Assembly: GCF_018350175.1 (NCBI RefSeq)
Contig: NC_058368.1
Span: 209,252,001 to 209,316,000, forward strand
DNA: 64,000 nt
Direction: 5' to 3'
DNA from: Felis catus
Lineage: Eukaryota
A program made the position numbers and the translations under genes. The notes under the pieces are model-generated. The model searched no databases. It worked only from the letters and a program-made list of their open reading frames with translations, and had not been told where the DNA came from. The number at the start of each line of letters is the position of its first letter. Positions within the stretch are counted from its first letter, which is position 1. Below are positions 62,452-64,000 of the stretch, piece by piece.

Positions 62452-63136
62452 GTGGGAATTTTTTGTTTAAATTGGTTTCCTTGATAAATGGGAGGAAAAG
62501 AAGATGAAACATTTTCCTATTACTATTTTAAAAATATCTCTGTATGTGTGCATAAATATATCTGTGTATATATAAATATATACATATACATATATATGTT
62601 TTCTTGTATATATATATGATTTTTTTGATGGTGTTTGTTTTTGACTATTTAGGGAGAGCACACAGGTGAGTGGGGGAGGGGCAAAGAGAGGGAGAGGGGG
62701 AGAGAGAGAGAGAGAGAGAGAGAGAGACAATATGAATCTTAAGCAGGCTCCATGCTCAATGCAGAGCCCGATGCAGGACTTGAACCCACAAACCACGAGA
62801 TCGTGGCCTGAGCTGAAATCAAGAGTTGGTCATTTAACTGACTGAGCCACTCAGGCACCCTGAGGGTGTTTATTTGTGATACTTAGATTCATCTTGAAGA
62901 AAAGTCTGGCTTGCCTAACATATCTGATAACAGTGGGTTCCTAATATCACATGACAAGTACATGGTAAATATTATTATTTGTACTTTTAATTTATTAGTA
63001 GTGCCTTAGTTTTATCCTGAATGGAAATGAAACATCATTTAGGTGTCTTATTGTCAGGATAGATAAATGATGTACTTTCTGGGAGGAACTCAGACTTCAC
63101 AGGTTTAATTGCCTTTTTTTGTTTGTTTTTTTAAAG

Positions 63137-63366
63137 CAAGCTCTTTGAGACTGTACATGTATGTATCTGGAAATGGGAGAAGAGTTCTGCTTATAACTCC
63201 TGGATGCATATTTCTTTGGGAATATTTGGAATTCAAGAATATCTTATCTTCTAAAAGCCCTTCATTGGTAGGCCAGTGGTCCCAGATCATACCTGAAGAA
63301 GCAGTTCATTTGCCTTCTAATGAAGATAAAGAAGCTGTAGTGCATGCTGTCTTTATAAAAAATGAG
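63137..63366 (+). CDS. CPLANE1: CPLANE1 coding exon 4 (gene continues beyond window)
   Basis: ttaaag|...|gtaaaa; (A)SSLRLYMYVSGNGRRVLLITPGCIFLWEYLEFKNILSSKSPSLVGQWSQIIPEEAVHLPSNEDKEAVVHAVFIKNE. Confidence 0.93.
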
Positions 63367-63589
63367 GTAAAATCCAAATCAGACAGGGTGTTCTAGAAGA
63401 TGAGATCTCAGACTGTAAGAACAGGCACTGTTTGTGAAGCTGTTGAGCAGAGTGTGTGATAGCATTGCTGTATATCTTTAATCATCATTAATTGTCACAG
63501 TAATTGCAAAGTTATTGTGGAAAAGATATTTTTACATTTCTTGGTCATATTTTTTAAAATGTTTATTAAAAATAGTTTGAACTCCACTA

Positions 63590-64000
63590 AAAAACTACAC
63601 TACAACTGACAAATGAATTCAGTAAAGTCACAGGATATGAGATGAATATACAGAAATCTGTTGCATTTCTCTACACTAGTAATGATGTAGCAGATTAAGA
63701 GAATAATTTCATTTATAATTGCACCAAAAATAATAAAACACCTAGGAATAAACCTAACCAAGGAGGTGAAAAATCTGTACTCTATAAAACATTGATAAGA
63801 GACATTGAGGGTGTCACAGATGGAAGGATATTCCATGCTCATGGACTGGAAGAACCAATATTTTTAAAATGTCCAAACTACCCAACATAGTCTATAGATT
63901 TAATGCAACCCCTGTCAAAATGCCAGCATTTTTCAAAGAACTGGAACAAATAACCCACAATTTGTATGGACCCATTAAAGACCCCAAGTAGCCAAAACAG
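63590..64000 (+). mobile_element. L1 ORF2 fragment running off the window end
   Basis: gaattcagtaaagtcacaggata, cctaggaataaacctaaccaaggaggtgaaa, ttccatgctcatgga. Confidence 0.85.

Larger units (their letters stand above)
1215..62860. mobile_element. About 65 dispersed carnivore tRNA-derived SINEs (Can-SINE/SINEC), summary entry
   Basis: Head ggggc(a/g)cctgggtggctcagtcggtt, B-box-like gagttcgagccc, (CT)n region, AATAAA/A tail and visible TSDs; counted by eye. Confidence 0.95.

Noticed and set aside
5350..62860. tRNA genes, and the many SINE-derived ORFs (MAQSVK..., GSGHDL..., SLEPASDS...)
   Set aside because: The A/B-box-like motifs belong to tRNA-derived SINE heads, and the recurring peptides are translations of the SINE consensus
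1..64000. CRISPR array, prokaryotic operon or foreign insert
   Set aside because: No regularly spaced repeat-spacer structure or compositionally foreign block; content is consistent with a felid NUP155-CPLANE1 locus

Overview
This is mammalian genomic DNA, almost certainly from a felid: it carries about 65 carnivore tRNA-derived SINEs (Can-SINE/SINEC), including young feline-type copies, plus feline-type L1 3' ends. The + strand holds the last 15 coding exons of NUP155 (312-24173). All splice phases join into one open frame of about 655 codons, and one intron is a non-canonical GC-AG intron. A roughly 24 kb repeat-rich intergenic region follows, then a CpG-island promoter (~48520-49840) and the first four coding exons of CPLANE1/C5orf42 (ATG at 57731), also on +. 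Other content includes a full-length 7SK retropseudogene, a dead near-full-length Tigger2 DNA transposon, Tigger and hAT MITEs, solo LTRs, L1 fragments and microsatellites. I found no new protein-coding gene or novel biological system; nearly all ORFs in the supplied track come from SINEs, microsatellites or GC-rich sequence. The best leads are an orphan ~100-bp retroposed 3' end of an unidentified transcript (51941-52081), a 7SK pseudogene that has gained a consensus splice donor, the GC-AG intron with a 187-nt pyrimidine tract, a possible one-codon deletion in CPLANE1, and repeated re-use of retrotransposon target sites. Gene and repeat names come from my recall of reference sequences, not from a database search. 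Repeat boundaries are approximate.
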